A DNA stretch of 37,300 nt from Acidimicrobiaceae bacterium (GCA_009785715.1 WQVT01000001.1:1-37300), one strand, 5' to 3'; counted from the first letter of the stretch, positions 17,213 through 25,743 are shown. Made by a program: numbers and translations. Notes: generated by a model from the sequence alone, not told the origin.

Positions 17213-18279
17213 AGTCAGGCAGGAGCCTCGTTGAACTGGCGCAGGAAGTCCAGCGCATCAACGAGCAGAAGCGCGATTTTGTCGCGGACACCCGCGAGAT
17301 TCACTTGCTGAACGGCAAGGAACTCAACATGACCGGTCAGGGCGAGTTCGGGATCACCCCGCTCGGCCACGATCAGATCGGTGGCGCGCTGGGCATCCCG
17401 GCCGCGTTCTACGACCGGATGCAGCACAACCACCCGGACGTGCTCGACCACACGGTCAACGCGCTCTTCGACCGCGAGCCCAAGAAGCGCCTCGTGCGCG
17501 TGCTCGACGGGAATGTGCGCGCGTTCCTCTCCGACCGCTACCGGCGGCTGGACAACTTCGACTTGCTGAACGTCGTGTTCCCGATCCTGAAGGAGATGGG
17601 CAACGTCGAGTTCAAGTCGATGGACGTCACCGACAACCGGCTGTACCTGAAGGTCGTGACCCCCTGGCTGCAGGGCGGGATCGAGTACAAGAACCCCGGC
17701 GGCCACCACCCGGTGAACGACGTGGTGCAGGGCGGGATCGTGATCTCCAACTCGGAGGTCGGTCGCGGCACCCTGCAGGTGCAGACGCTGATCTACCGGC
17801 TGGTCTGCTCCAACGGGCTGATCGGCGAGAAGCTGCTCACCAAGCGCCACGTCGGCGGGCGGATCGGCTTCGACGACGATCTCCCGGCAGAACTCTTCAA
17901 GGAAGACACGATCAAGGCTGACGACGAGCGGTTCTGGCTGATGATGCGGGACCTGGTGCAGTCGGCGGTCGACGAGACGCGCTTCCAGGAGACGCTCCGG
18001 AAGATGAACATGGCGGCAAGCTCGGAGCCGATCCAGGACGTGAGCGCCGGGATCAAGGAACTGGGCAAGCGGTTCGACATGGGCGAGGGCGAGCAGAAGA
18101 GTGTGCTCAACTTCCTCGCCGAGGGCGGCGACCTCACCCAGTGGGGCGCGCTCAACGCGATCACCCGGGCGGCGCAGGACGTCGAGTCCTACGACCGGTC
18201 GACCGAACTGGAGGAGATCGGCGGCAAGGTGCTGGCGCTCTCTGCCAGCGACTGGGGGATGGTCGCCAAGGCCAGGTAA
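17209..18279 (+). CDS. DUF932 (phage/plasmid-like, TIGR03299-type) protein
   Basis: 356 aa. Characteristic features are ...RAFLSDRYRRLDN..., GIVISNSEVGRGTLQVQTLIYRLVCSNGLI and an acidic C-terminal helical region. Confidence 0.7.
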   Translation: MKSGRSLVELAQEVQRINEQKRDFVADTREIHLLNGKELNMTGQGEFGITPLGHDQIGGALGIPAAFYDRMQHNHPDVLDHTVNALFDREPKKRLVRVLDGNVRAFLSDRYRRLDNFDLLNVVFPILKEMGNVEFKSMDVTDNRLYLKVVTPWLQGGIEYKNPGGHHPVNDVVQGGIVISNSEVGRGTLQVQTLIYRLVCSNGLIGEKLLTKRHVGGRIGFDDDLPAELFKEDTIKADDERFWLMMRDLVQSAVDETRFQETLRKMNMAASSEPIQDVSAGIKELGKRFDMGEGEQKSVLNFLAEGGDLTQWGALNAITRAAQDVESYDRSTELEEIGGKVLALSASDWGMVAKAR

Positions 18280-18295
18280 CCCACACCTCTCGCGC

Positions 18296-18328
18296 CGGGG
18301 CGGCCCCTTCGGGGGGTCGCCCTTTTTT
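18296..18328 (+). terminator. Strong intrinsic terminator
   Basis: GGGGCGGCCCC, loop TTCG, GGGGGTCGCCC, followed by TTTTTT (18323-18328). Confidence 0.8.
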
Positions 18329-18344
18329 CAGGCCCGGATCGGGT

Positions 18345-18371
18345 TTTAACCGCTGAGAGACTGGCTAGAAT
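18345..18371 (+). promoter_or_regulatory. Rightward promoter (conserved family) restarting the early operon
   Basis: TTTAAC (18345-18350), a 15-nt spacer ending AGACTGGC, TAGAAT (18366-18371), AG. A 4-codon mini-ORF ATGGAGGTAAATTGA (18380-18394) ends 1 nt before ATG 18396. Confidence 0.55.
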
Positions 18372-18395
18372 AGGAGGACATGGAGGTAAATTGAA

Positions 18396-18704
18396 ATGGC
18401 CGTGCTTGAAATGCCTGCAGAAGTCGGCGTCGACGACGCCAGGGAACTGCTCTTCGATCTGGGTGTGACCGGGCCGAACGGCAAGCCGCTATCGCGTGCC
18501 ACGCTGCGCGCGCTGGCGCTGGCGGGTGCGATCCGGGGCCGCAAGGTCTCGAAGGCGCAGACCTCTGCCTGGCTGTACGACGTTGCCGATCTGCGCCGGT
18601 TCTCGAAGGCACCGCGCAACCCGGTGGGCAACCCGTACTGGATCGCCGCCGGGCGCGAGGCTAAGGAGCGAGACGAGCCGATCGCGCTACCGGAGACCGA
18701 CTAA
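18396..18704 (+). CDS. Helix-turn-helix (excisionase/MerR-like) DNA-binding protein
   Basis: GGAGG (18382-18386) lies 9 nt upstream of the ATG. The stretch LSRATLRALALAGAIRGRKVSKAQTSAWLYDVADLRRF resembles HTH_17/Xis-type domains. Confidence 0.55.
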   Translation: MAVLEMPAEVGVDDARELLFDLGVTGPNGKPLSRATLRALALAGAIRGRKVSKAQTSAWLYDVADLRRFSKAPRNPVGNPYWIAAGREAKERDEPIALPETD

Positions 18705-18719
18705 CAGGGGGACCAACCC

Positions 18720-19829
18720 ATGAGTGAAGCCAGAGTGGCTGGGGAAATCCAGCCCTCGAAGCCCCGGCGCAGTCGCGGCGGTGGGGACGGTGGCGACATC
18801 GTCCCTATGCCGACGCCGACGCCCGAGTTCCTGATCCTGCGGGCGGTCGAGACCGGAGCCCCGGTCGAATCCGTGGAGCGCCTGTACGCGCTCTGGAAGG
18901 ACGTCCAGGATCGGGCGGCGGAGACCGCGTTCAACGTCGCCTTCGCCGCCTTCCAGGCAGAGATGCCCGAGGTCAAGAAGAACAAGATCGCCCGGGTCGA
19001 GAAGAACGGGAACCTGCTCTACACCTACAAGTACGCGGACCTGGCCGACATGCAGCGGCAGGTGGGTCCGGCGCTCGCCAAGCACGGCTTCAGCTACCGC
19101 TTCGAGGCCAAGTACGGGGCCACCATCGACGACCACCGGGTCGCCTGCATCCTGATGCACAAGGATGGGTTCGAGCGCCCGAGCGAGGTCAAGCTCGTGA
19201 TGGACGAGGGGTTCCGGATGAACGACGTCCAGAAGGGCGGAGCCTCGCTTACCTACGCCAAGCGCTACGCGTTCGGCAACGCGACCGGCGTCACGCCGGA
19301 TGAGGACACCGACGCCCAGGGAGGCGGTGGGAGCGTCTACGGCGGCGGTGGCGGCGGCAGAGAGGGCGGGTCCGGCCCTTCGCCTGCAGGGCCGTCTGGG
19401 GCCGCTCAGGGCCGTCCTGCGGGCCGGGAAGACCTTGGTGCCTGCCCCGACTGCGGGGTCATCGGCTCGCTGCGCGGCAAGCGCAACGGCAACGTGTTCT
19501 GCATGTCGGCGGCCGGTGGCTGCGGACACGAGTGGAAGCGTGAAGAGTTCGACGCCAAGCAGGCTGCCGCGCGTGAGCAGGCGGCTGCGATACGTGAGCA
19601 GGCGCAGAAGGGCGCAGCCGAGCGCGCCGCCGACGCCTCGCCGGAGCCGGTGATCGTCAAGCTGCCCAAGGGCGAGGACGAGGCGGTCGGTCCGGACGAG
19701 AAGTACGATCCGTCGCCGCCCACGCCCGAGGAGCAGCGGATGCACGACGAGTTTGACGAGTACGAGAGGCAGCGGCAGGGTGCCTTCGACTCGCTGCTCA
19801 AGGAGGACGGCGAGGGGCGGAGGGGATGA
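18720..19829 (+). CDS. ERF-family single-strand annealing recombinase with a C-terminal zinc ribbon
   Basis: RBS AGGGGGA. Motifs are YTYKYADLADMQRQVGPALAKHGF...GASLTYAKRYAFGNATGV, the ERF signature. A Gly-rich linker follows, then CPDC...C...CGHEW. Confidence 0.75.
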   Translation: MSEARVAGEIQPSKPRRSRGGGDGGDIVPMPTPTPEFLILRAVETGAPVESVERLYALWKDVQDRAAETAFNVAFAAFQAEMPEVKKNKIARVEKNGNLLYTYKYADLADMQRQVGPALAKHGFSYRFEAKYGATIDDHRVACILMHKDGFERPSEVKLVMDEGFRMNDVQKGGASLTYAKRYAFGNATGVTPDEDTDAQGGGGSVYGGGGGGREGGSGPSPAGPSGAAQGRPAGREDLGACPDCGVIGSLRGKRNGNVFCMSAAGGCGHEWKREEFDAKQAAAREQAAAIREQAQKGAAERAADASPEPVIVKLPKGEDEAVGPDEKYDPSPPTPEEQRMHDEFDEYERQRQGAFDSLLKEDGEGRRG

Positions 19830-19912
19830 GCGGGCCGGTCTTCGGTGTGCTCATCGTGATCGCGATCGTGATGATCGCGGTCTTCCTGGTTGCGCGATTC
19901 GGTCGGTCATGA
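19826..19912 (+). CDS. 28-aa hydrophobic peptide (MSGPVFGVLIVIAIVMIAVFLVARFGRS)
   Basis: Hand translation. It has ATGA overlaps at both ends (19826-19829 and 19909-19912) and one predicted TM helix. Confidence 0.45.
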   Translation: MSGPVFGVLIVIAIVMIAVFLVARFGRS

Positions 19913-20862
19913 CGGCGATCTCGCCGTCTCAACTGGCTACCCGGTGTAGCCTGCAACTTCGCTACCACCGGATGCGTCTGGCCCATGAGCACGGGGAACA
20001 CGAAGGGGGCGGTCCCGTCGACTGCCCCCTTTGTTGTGACTGGATGCCGCCGCCGCCCAAGATCGCCACCGAGTTCGGGCACGCGATCCACAAGGGGATC
20101 GAGGAATATCTCCGGCTGCACTTCTTCAGCGACTTCGTCGTCGACTCCACCGCCGAGGCGATCGAGGCCGCCTACGGCGTGCTCGAAGAGACCGATGACC
20201 GGGGAGTGACCTGGGATGAGCCGCCACGCGTCCGGCGAGACGGTCTCCTCTACCGTGGCGACGAAGCTCGGATGCCGACGCTCGACCGCGCCCAGCAGGT
20301 GGCGGCGGAGATGGTCAAGTCGTGGGTCTGGCGGTTCGGCGAGCTACCCGTCCAGGACATCGAGGTTGAGATCGACCTGCCGCTTGGCGAGTACGGGGTA
20401 CGGGATGGGTTGCTGCGTTGCCGGTTGGACATCACGACACTCGACCAGGGGCTGGTGGACTTGAAGACGAGTCGCGACGACTGGGAGCGTGAGCGCTGGG
20501 ACGACAAGCTCGACCAGATGATCCTGTACGCGATGGCGTATCGCCACCACTACGGACAGTTGCCGGAGTATGCGGTGTTCCACGTCGCGCCCAAGTCGGG
20601 GCTCGGCGGACGGTGGCAGGTGATCGAGGTGGAGGTGGACGAGAACCGTATCGAGCCGGTGGTGGAACGGGTGCTGCGCCCGGCAATCCGGATGGTGGAG
20701 GCGGACGCGTTCCTCCCCAATCGAGCGCAGCCGTTCCCGCACTCCGAGAAGTACTGCGACTACTGGGCGCACTGTCCGTTCGGTGCCAAAGCGGGCGAGG
20801 CGGCGCACGAGGTCGCGCTGCCGATGCTCCCGATCCTGGGTCAGGAGGCGTTCCTGCAGTGA
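19909..20862 (+). CDS. Cas4/RecB-family PD-(D/E)XK exonuclease (recombination partner of ERF)
   Basis: Start MTAISPSQL. Motifs are an N-terminal CPLCC, GHAIHKGIE, VDLKTSR (D-x-K), QMILYAMAY (QxxxY) and a C-terminal CDYWAHCPF cysteine cluster. Confidence 0.75.
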   Translation: MTAISPSQLATRCSLQLRYHRMRLAHEHGEHEGGGPVDCPLCCDWMPPPPKIATEFGHAIHKGIEEYLRLHFFSDFVVDSTAEAIEAAYGVLEETDDRGVTWDEPPRVRRDGLLYRGDEARMPTLDRAQQVAAEMVKSWVWRFGELPVQDIEVEIDLPLGEYGVRDGLLRCRLDITTLDQGLVDLKTSRDDWERERWDDKLDQMILYAMAYRHHYGQLPEYAVFHVAPKSGLGGRWQVIEVEVDENRIEPVVERVLRPAIRMVEADAFLPNRAQPFPHSEKYCDYWAHCPFGAKAGEAAHEVALPMLPILGQEAFLQ

Positions 20863-21077
20863 GGTCGACCGACGAGGTACTCGACGAACTGGAGGTGGGC
20901 TACCTCTCCCGCGAGATGCGGGACTTGCTGATCAAGGTGGCGCGCGCCGCGCTGGCGCTGGCGCGCGCCGAGCACTGGGACCTCGTCTACTCCGATGATC
21001 GGGAGGATCACGGGCTGTGGGGCGAGGCGGCCGACTTGATGAGGGCGCTCGACGCGCTGAAGGGGAGCCACGGATGA
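20859..21077 (+). CDS. Hypothetical protein (72 aa)
   Basis: GTG 20859 overlaps the upstream stop (GTGA). High GC3. Confidence 0.6.
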   Translation: MRSTDEVLDELEVGYLSREMRDLLIKVARAALALARAEHWDLVYSDDREDHGLWGEAADLMRALDALKGSHG

Positions 21078-21280
21078 CGACCTTCTTCCGATTCCTGGTG
21101 ATCTCGGGTGACGGTGAGGAGGCACGGATACTGCGGAAGGCACCGTGGCACCGCCGCTCGGATGAGTACGTCTTCAAGGTTCAGATCACGCTGCCGAACC
21201 GGCCCGTGATCGAGCCTGGCGTGGTTTCCCTGGTGTCGGAGCCTCCCGCGCTGCCGCCGCACGTGGAGCAGGTCTCGTGA
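21074..21280 (+). CDS. Hypothetical protein (68 aa)
   Basis: ATGA overlap at 21074. High GC3. Confidence 0.6.
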   Translation: MTTFFRFLVISGDGEEARILRKAPWHRRSDEYVFKVQITLPNRPVIEPGVVSLVSEPPALPPHVEQVS

Positions 21281-21912
21281 GTGAGGATTTTCTGACCAAG
21301 CTCGAACGCATCCACCGCGAGACGCGGGTCACGCGGTCGTCGCCCGAGCTATGGGAGGCTGTGCCGTCTCTGGTGGCGGTCGTAAGGGCCGTGCGGGACA
21401 ACATCGACATCTGGACTCCCAAGCCCGTCCTGGACGCCCTGGAGGGCGTGGAGGGGCTGTTTGCGATGCCTGGCCCGGAGGGAGAGTGGCGGGTCTGGGA
21501 CAGCTACCTCTGGGCGGTGGCGCAACTGGGGAGGTCGCCCGGCCGGTTCCACCTCACGCAGGTGCGCCGCAAGCTCATCACCCGGCGCATCCGTGAGTAC
21601 GGGCTGGAGACGGTGCAGGACGCGGTGCGGGGCTGGCTCTACTCGGACTTTCACGTCGGGGTCAACGCGGAGAAGCGGGCCTGGGGCGTAGAGAACTTCG
21701 CGGTGCTGCTGGCGGTCAGCAGCGACGGGCGCGGCAACTTCCGCGACAACGTCGAGCGGTTCTCCCAGATGTGGCACGAGGGTCAGGCTGACGGGCGGCC
21801 GTTCGCCTTCCAGGTGGAGCACGTCACGGGCAACGGCGCGCCCGAGTACGTCGAGCACACGTGGTCGCTGGCGGCGGCGCGCGACGCGGAGAAGGAGGAC
21901 GAGGACGAGTGA
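21277..21912 (+). CDS. Hypothetical protein (211 aa), possibly with a replication-associated conserved phage C-terminal (Phg_2220_C-like) domain
   Basis: GTGA overlap at 21277. The segment LTQVRRKLITRRIREYGLETVQDAVRGWLYSDFHVGVN...FAVLL resembles that domain. The assignment rests on memory only. Confidence 0.4.
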   Translation: MSEDFLTKLERIHRETRVTRSSPELWEAVPSLVAVVRAVRDNIDIWTPKPVLDALEGVEGLFAMPGPEGEWRVWDSYLWAVAQLGRSPGRFHLTQVRRKLITRRIREYGLETVQDAVRGWLYSDFHVGVNAEKRAWGVENFAVLLAVSSDGRGNFRDNVERFSQMWHEGQADGRPFAFQVEHVTGNGAPEYVEHTWSLAAARDAEKEDEDE

Positions 21913-22103
21913 GCGACGTCATCGAGATCGAGGAGCGGTTCCTACTCGACCCGCCGGTCAGCGTCACCCTCTACCGCGATCGGGGTCAGTGGTGGTTTCA
22001 CGTCCCAGCGCTGCGCTGCTCCGGCGGCGGCTGCGACACTCAAGACGAGGCGCGGCGAGCAGCACGGCGAGCGGCAGCGTTCGCGCTGGGGGCGAAGGCG
22101 TGA
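21909..22103 (+). CDS. HicB-like / UPF0150-fold small protein (64 aa)
   Basis: GTGA overlap at 21909. VTLYRDRGQWWFHVPALRCSGGGCDTQDEARRAARRAAAFAL matches the HicB N-domain pattern. Confidence 0.45.
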   Translation: MSDVIEIEERFLLDPPVSVTLYRDRGQWWFHVPALRCSGGGCDTQDEARRAARRAAAFALGAKA

Positions 22104-22720
22104 AGGGTACCGACTGGGCGCGGATCGTGGATCGGATCAACGCCAACTGGCCGCGCTCGCGCTGGGAGGTATCGACCGCCGATCTCGGGTGGGACCTGCT
22201 CAACCGGTTCACCAGGGTGCAGGTCATGGATGCGGTGATCGTGTTCATCCGCAAGCCGTTCCCTCCGTCGCCGGGCGAGTTGCTGAGCGCGGTCGAGGTC
22301 AGTCTCCGGCCGCCGGACGAGACGTTCGAGGAGGTCTGGTTCGCGATCCAGCGGCAGGTGGTGATGGTCGGCCAGTACGCGCAGTGGCTGCCCGGCAACG
22401 CCGAGCCGATCCCTGCGTTCGAGATCGCGGCCAAGGCGCTCAGCGACGACGCGATCGACCTCGTGCTGCGGATGGGCGGCTGGGAGCGGCTATGCCTGGG
22501 CGGATCACCGGACGGACAGCGACCGATCGACCCCGGCGTCTGGATGGCGGAGGGTGAGCACGCCTGGAAGCGGCTGGAGGCGCAGAAGCAGCAGTTCGTC
22601 GATCACTTCCACTCCCCGTCACCGCTGGGCGAAGCGGCGCGGGGCTTCTTCGAGGTCCGCCAGCAGCGGCGGGAACAGTTGGAAGCGCTGCCGTTGCCGG
22701 AGGTGGGTGAACATGACTGA
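22100..22720 (+). CDS. G39P-like replicative helicase loader/inhibitor domain protein
   Basis: GTGA overlap at 22100. The N-terminus WARIVDRINANWPRSRWEVSTADLGWDLLNRFTRVQVMDAVIVFIRKPFPPSPGELL fits the SPP1 G39P-type pattern. Confidence 0.45.
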   Translation: MKGTDWARIVDRINANWPRSRWEVSTADLGWDLLNRFTRVQVMDAVIVFIRKPFPPSPGELLSAVEVSLRPPDETFEEVWFAIQRQVVMVGQYAQWLPGNAEPIPAFEIAAKALSDDAIDLVLRMGGWERLCLGGSPDGQRPIDPGVWMAEGEHAWKRLEAQKQQFVDHFHSPSPLGEAARGFFEVRQQRREQLEALPLPEVGEHD

Positions 22721-22922
22721 TCCGCTGGCGGAGATCGAGTTCGAGGGCACGCCGGAGCAGGAGACGGCGCTGCTCGACGTCATGAAGGCGGCCGTGGAGG
22801 TGGACGAGATGACGTCTGTAGTGGGTCCCATGGACTCCCGCATCGCCCAGCCGCTCAGACGGCTGCACGCGGCGCTCCACGGGCTCAGGGAGGCGGTACG
22901 TGCCGCGCCGCCGCCGTCGTGA
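22713..22922 (+). CDS. Hypothetical protein (69 aa)
   Basis: ATG 22713 overlaps the upstream end by 8 nt. High GC3. Confidence 0.55.
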   Translation: MTDPLAEIEFEGTPEQETALLDVMKAAVEVDEMTSVVGPMDSRIAQPLRRLHAALHGLREAVRAAPPPS

Positions 22923-23073
22923 CCAGCGCCAGGCGGAGTTGTTCCGCGCCGCCGACTACCCGCCGCTGTCAGATGCCCGGCTGCGACGGCTGCAGGCGGA
23001 GGGCCGACGGATGGCGTTAGAGGAGACCGAGCGCATCGAGCGAGAGCGACGTGAGAATCCTGATCTGCGGTAG
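22900..23073 (+). CDS. Possible small basic protein (57 aa, VPRRRRRDQRQAELFRAADYPPLSDARLRRLQAEGRRMALEETERIERERRENPDLR)
   Basis: Below the ORF-track cutoff. GTG 22900 lies 6 nt after GGGAGG (22888-22893). GC3 is high. It fills the otherwise empty 22923-23050 gap and overlaps both neighbours by about 23 nt. Confidence 0.4.
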   Translation: MPRRRRRDQRQAELFRAADYPPLSDARLRRLQAEGRRMALEETERIERERRENPDLR

Positions 23074-23449
23074 CCGCAAGTGGAGCGACGCGGACGCGAT
23101 CGCACACGAGTTCGATCTGACGCCGCCGGACGAGGTGGTGACGGGCGACGCGCCGGGCGCGGACGCGCTCGCCTGGGCGGAGGCGCTCAGTCGCGGCGTC
23201 ACCCGGTTCAGGTTCTTCGCCAACTGGTCGGAGTTCGGGCGAGCGGCCGGACCGATCCGGAACCAGAAGATGCTGGACGAGGGCGTGGACGAGGTGTGGG
23301 CGTTCAGCGACGACTTCTACTCGCCGCACTCGGGCACCCGCGACATGTGCAGGCGGGCATACCAGGCGGGCATCCCGGCCACGCTCTTCGAGCACGACGG
23401 CGGTCGGTGCTGGGGTCATCTTCTGACGGAGAGCGACTTCCGTGACTGA
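23051..23449 (+). CDS. DUF2493 / SLOG-superfamily (YspA-like) protein
   Basis: The pattern is MRILICGSRKWSD...VVTGDAPGADALAWAEA...FANWSEFGRAAGPIRNQKML...VWAF...GTRDMCRRAYQAGIP, typical of actinophage DUF2493 proteins. Confidence 0.75.
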   Translation: MRILICGSRKWSDADAIAHEFDLTPPDEVVTGDAPGADALAWAEALSRGVTRFRFFANWSEFGRAAGPIRNQKMLDEGVDEVWAFSDDFYSPHSGTRDMCRRAYQAGIPATLFEHDGGRCWGHLLTESDFRD

Positions 23450-23702
23450 GCGGCAGCGCCCGTTCTACTGCGGGTCGCAGGTCGCGGACTGGCAGGCACG
23501 CAACTGCCTGCGCTGCCAGAAGATGCCGCTCGATGAGGACGGCTACCCGACGCCGGAGACGCCGTGCGACATCGACCGCGAGATTCTGGTCGGGATGTTC
23601 GACGACGGGTCGATAGACGGAGACATCGCCCGGCGCATGGGCTGGTCGGGCAACGTCGACGAGTACACCTGGGACTGCCCGGAGCGGGTGCCGCGTGTCT
23701 GA
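23442..23702 (+). CDS. Hypothetical Cys-containing protein (86 aa)
   Basis: GTG 23442 gives an 8-nt overlap. High GC3. Confidence 0.6.
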   Translation: MTERQRPFYCGSQVADWQARNCLRCQKMPLDEDGYPTPETPCDIDREILVGMFDDGSIDGDIARRMGWSGNVDEYTWDCPERVPRV

Positions 23703-23997
23703 GGCACCGCCGTTCGAGCCGGTCTGGGCGGTCGAGGACGGCGTCTGGTATTGGCGCTTCGATGCCTACTACGAGTGGTTCTCCTGGGCCACCTGGCACG
23801 GGGCCTACGAGCCGGGCGACTGGAAGCTGATCGGGTTCGCGATTCCCGAGGGCGGACTCTACCTGGACCGGGACGCGCTGATTTGCGTGCCGGTACTGGG
23901 TGGGATGTTGAAGCGCATGGACTGGTACTACGAGTTGAAGGCGAAGCTCCAAACGGCGATGACCGAGGCCGAGGCCAGGATCAGGGAGCGAGGATGA
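23695..23997 (+). CDS. Hypothetical Trp-rich protein (100 aa)
   Basis: GTG 23695 gives an 8-nt overlap. High GC3. Confidence 0.6.
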   Translation: MSEAPPFEPVWAVEDGVWYWRFDAYYEWFSWATWHGAYEPGDWKLIGFAIPEGGLYLDRDALICVPVLGGMLKRMDWYYELKAKLQTAMTEAEARIRERG

Positions 23998-24275
23998 TGG
24001 CGCGCTGCCTCTGGCGGATTGAGTACACCTACCGCAAGGACTTCGCGTCCGGGACGTCGATGCGGCTCAACACGAGCGTGGACGCCTTCGCGTGGAGCCT
24101 GGAGGATGCGGTCAAGGTTTTCCACGACTACGTCTCACGCGAGGACCCGGTGCTCATCTCGGTGCGGAAGATCAGCCAGTCGGACGCCATCATCGGGCTC
24201 GATCGCGCCGAGCCGGGTGTGCACACGCCGAATCCTCGGCCCGGCAACGCTCGCGAGGCCGCCGATCTGCCATGA
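23994..24275 (+). CDS. Hypothetical protein (93 aa)
   Basis: ATGA overlap at 23994. High GC3. Confidence 0.6.
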   Translation: MMARCLWRIEYTYRKDFASGTSMRLNTSVDAFAWSLEDAVKVFHDYVSREDPVLISVRKISQSDAIIGLDRAEPGVHTPNPRPGNAREAADLP

Positions 24276-24505
24276 ACACCGAGCGCATCACCCGACTGGA
24301 GGTGATCATCCGCACCCTGGTCTTTCGTCAGCCACACCACTGGGCGAACGCGCTCGCCTGGAGGTACGCTGAGCCGCCCGGGCCAGACTTCGGCAAGGCG
24401 CTGCGCATCGACCGGCATCGCCTGCTCTGGCGTCTCAATGACTGGCTGGCTGATCGCTACATCCACCAGTACGTGACGTGGCGTTACCAGCGGAGGACGT
24501 CATGA
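24272..24505 (+). CDS. Hypothetical protein (77 aa)
   Basis: ATGA overlap at 24272. Confidence 0.6.
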   Translation: MNTERITRLEVIIRTLVFRQPHHWANALAWRYAEPPGPDFGKALRIDRHRLLWRLNDWLADRYIHQYVTWRYQRRTS

Positions 24506-24702
24506 GCGGGGACATCCTGGACCGGCTGGAGTGGCGAATAGCGTTGTCGCGGGCGGAGTTCGACGCCCTGATCGCGGTGGCGCGGGCGGCGCGGGAGTTC
24601 TCCCAGGCAACCAGGGGTCGAACACAGCAGGACTGGGAAGCCAGAGACCACCTGACCGAGGCTCTGGACGCGCTCGACGCGCTGGGAGGGGGCGATGGCT
24701 GA
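24502..24702 (+). CDS. Hypothetical protein (66 aa), paralogous at its N-terminus to the next gene
   Basis: ATGA overlap at 24502. MSGDILDRLEWRIALSRAEFDALIAVARAAREF aligns with MAEDILDRLERGLEV...EKRALIAVARAARAT of the next gene. Confidence 0.6.
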   Translation: MSGDILDRLEWRIALSRAEFDALIAVARAAREFSQATRGRTQQDWEARDHLTEALDALDALGGGDG

Positions 24703-24997
24703 GGACATCCTGGACCGGCTGGAGCGCGGCCTGGAAGTCGGGCTGGTCTGGACGGGTCCAGAGAAGCGTGCCCTGATCGCCGTGGCGCGAGCGGCGCGCG
24801 CGACGTTGGCAGCGAGCGTCGAGGAACGCCCCTCGCATAATGACCGCCCGGTCTGCCGCATCTGCTACGTCGAGACGGCGAGTGACGGGAGCGGGATTCA
24901 CCACACCTGGCCGTTTGGGACGGACATCGGGGACGACACGCAGTGCCCGATCCCCGCGCTGACAGAGGCCCTGTACGCGCTGGTGGGTGCGTCGTGA
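24695..24997 (+). CDS. Hypothetical protein (100 aa), tandem paralogue of the previous gene with a Cys/His extension
   Basis: ATG 24695 gives an 8-nt overlap. It shares the N-terminal DILDRLE...ALIAVARAAR block. Confidence 0.6.
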   Translation: MAEDILDRLERGLEVGLVWTGPEKRALIAVARAARATLAASVEERPSHNDRPVCRICYVETASDGSGIHHTWPFGTDIGDDTQCPIPALTEALYALVGAS

Positions 24998-25308
24998 GGT
25001 ACGTCTGCCGCGAGGAAGGTTGCTTCGCCGAGGCCATCCGCCGGACGTCGGAGGGCATCTGCCCGCTCCACGAGCACGCGCTGCGTCGACACGGCCCGGA
25101 CGCCTACTGCGATCGCATCGGGATCGGCTTCGCCGTCACCAGCGACAACCCTGACCCCGACTTCTACGGCCCCGGCCCGCTGCTCACCTGGAGCACGCTC
25201 CCTCTTTTCCCCGGCGCTGGCTACGTCTGGGACGTTGATTCGCCCACGCGCCCCGATTCGCACCTCCTGCCCAAGGCGCTCTGCGCCGAATGCTCCGAAC
25301 GCCGATGA
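24994..25308 (+). CDS. Hypothetical Cys-rich protein (104 aa)
   Basis: GTGA overlap at 24994. Cysteines occur in CREEGC...CPLHEH...C...CAEC. Confidence 0.55.
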   Translation: MRYVCREEGCFAEAIRRTSEGICPLHEHALRRHGPDAYCDRIGIGFAVTSDNPDPDFYGPGPLLTWSTLPLFPGAGYVWDVDSPTRPDSHLLPKALCAECSERR

Positions 25309-25571
25309 GACTGCGCAAGGAGAAGCCGAAGCCACCGATGACGATCAGCATCCACTCGTCTCTCGACGGGGTGGAGACCAAGCTCGAAGGCATGCACTCG
25401 TTCGTGGAGATGGGGCAGGCGCTCGGGCTGGAGGACGCCGATCTCGATGAGTTCCGCTCCTACGACGAGCGGATGAAGCGGCTGCTGCGTTCGCGCTGGC
25501 GCAAGGCGCTTGATCGGGTGGGGGCGGTATGGCGCAGGGTGCTCGTTCGGGTGTACCGGCCGGACGAGTGA
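25305..25571 (+). CDS. Hypothetical protein (88 aa), last gene before the leftward insert
   Basis: ATGA overlap at 25305. High GC3. Confidence 0.55.
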   Translation: MRLRKEKPKPPMTISIHSSLDGVETKLEGMHSFVEMGQALGLEDADLDEFRSYDERMKRLLRSRWRKALDRVGAVWRRVLVRVYRPDE

Positions 25572-25617
25572 GGGCGCGGCGTCGGAAACCACGCCCTCGG
25601 CGAGGGGAAGTGTGGTC

Positions 25618-25743
25618 TTACGGTTGCTGAGGCTGGGGTGGCTGCTGTCCGCCGGGCATGTCGCGCTCGACGTCCTGCTCCACGTCCTGCTCGATCTCTT
25701 GCTCGAACCCGCCGCCGCCACCCGGCTGCTGCTGTTCGGTCAC
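25618..25743 (-). CDS. 41-aa acidic, Gln/Pro-rich peptide (MTEQQQPGGGGGFEQEIEQDVEQDVERDMPGGQQPPQPQQP)
   Basis: GTG 25743 lies 6 nt after a perfect AGGAGG on the minus strand (ggaAGGAGGtacgcGTG). It is convergent with the early operon. Confidence 0.5.
   Translation of the reverse strand: MTEQQQPGGGGGFEQEIEQDVEQDVERDMPGGQQPPQPQQP

Noticed and set aside
21909-22103. HicB-like gene as part of a HicAB toxin-antitoxin system
   Set aside because: No HicA-like small RNA-binding toxin ORF is adjacent on either side. The gene is embedded in the overlapping early operon, so a stand-alone HicB-fold protein is more likely.
25568-25599. Hairpin GAGGGCG...CGCCCTC between the convergent genes 25305-25571 and 25618-25743 as a bidirectional terminator
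   Set aside because: The stem is only 7-8 bp with a 15-nt loop, and there is no U-tract on either strand. That is too weak to call.
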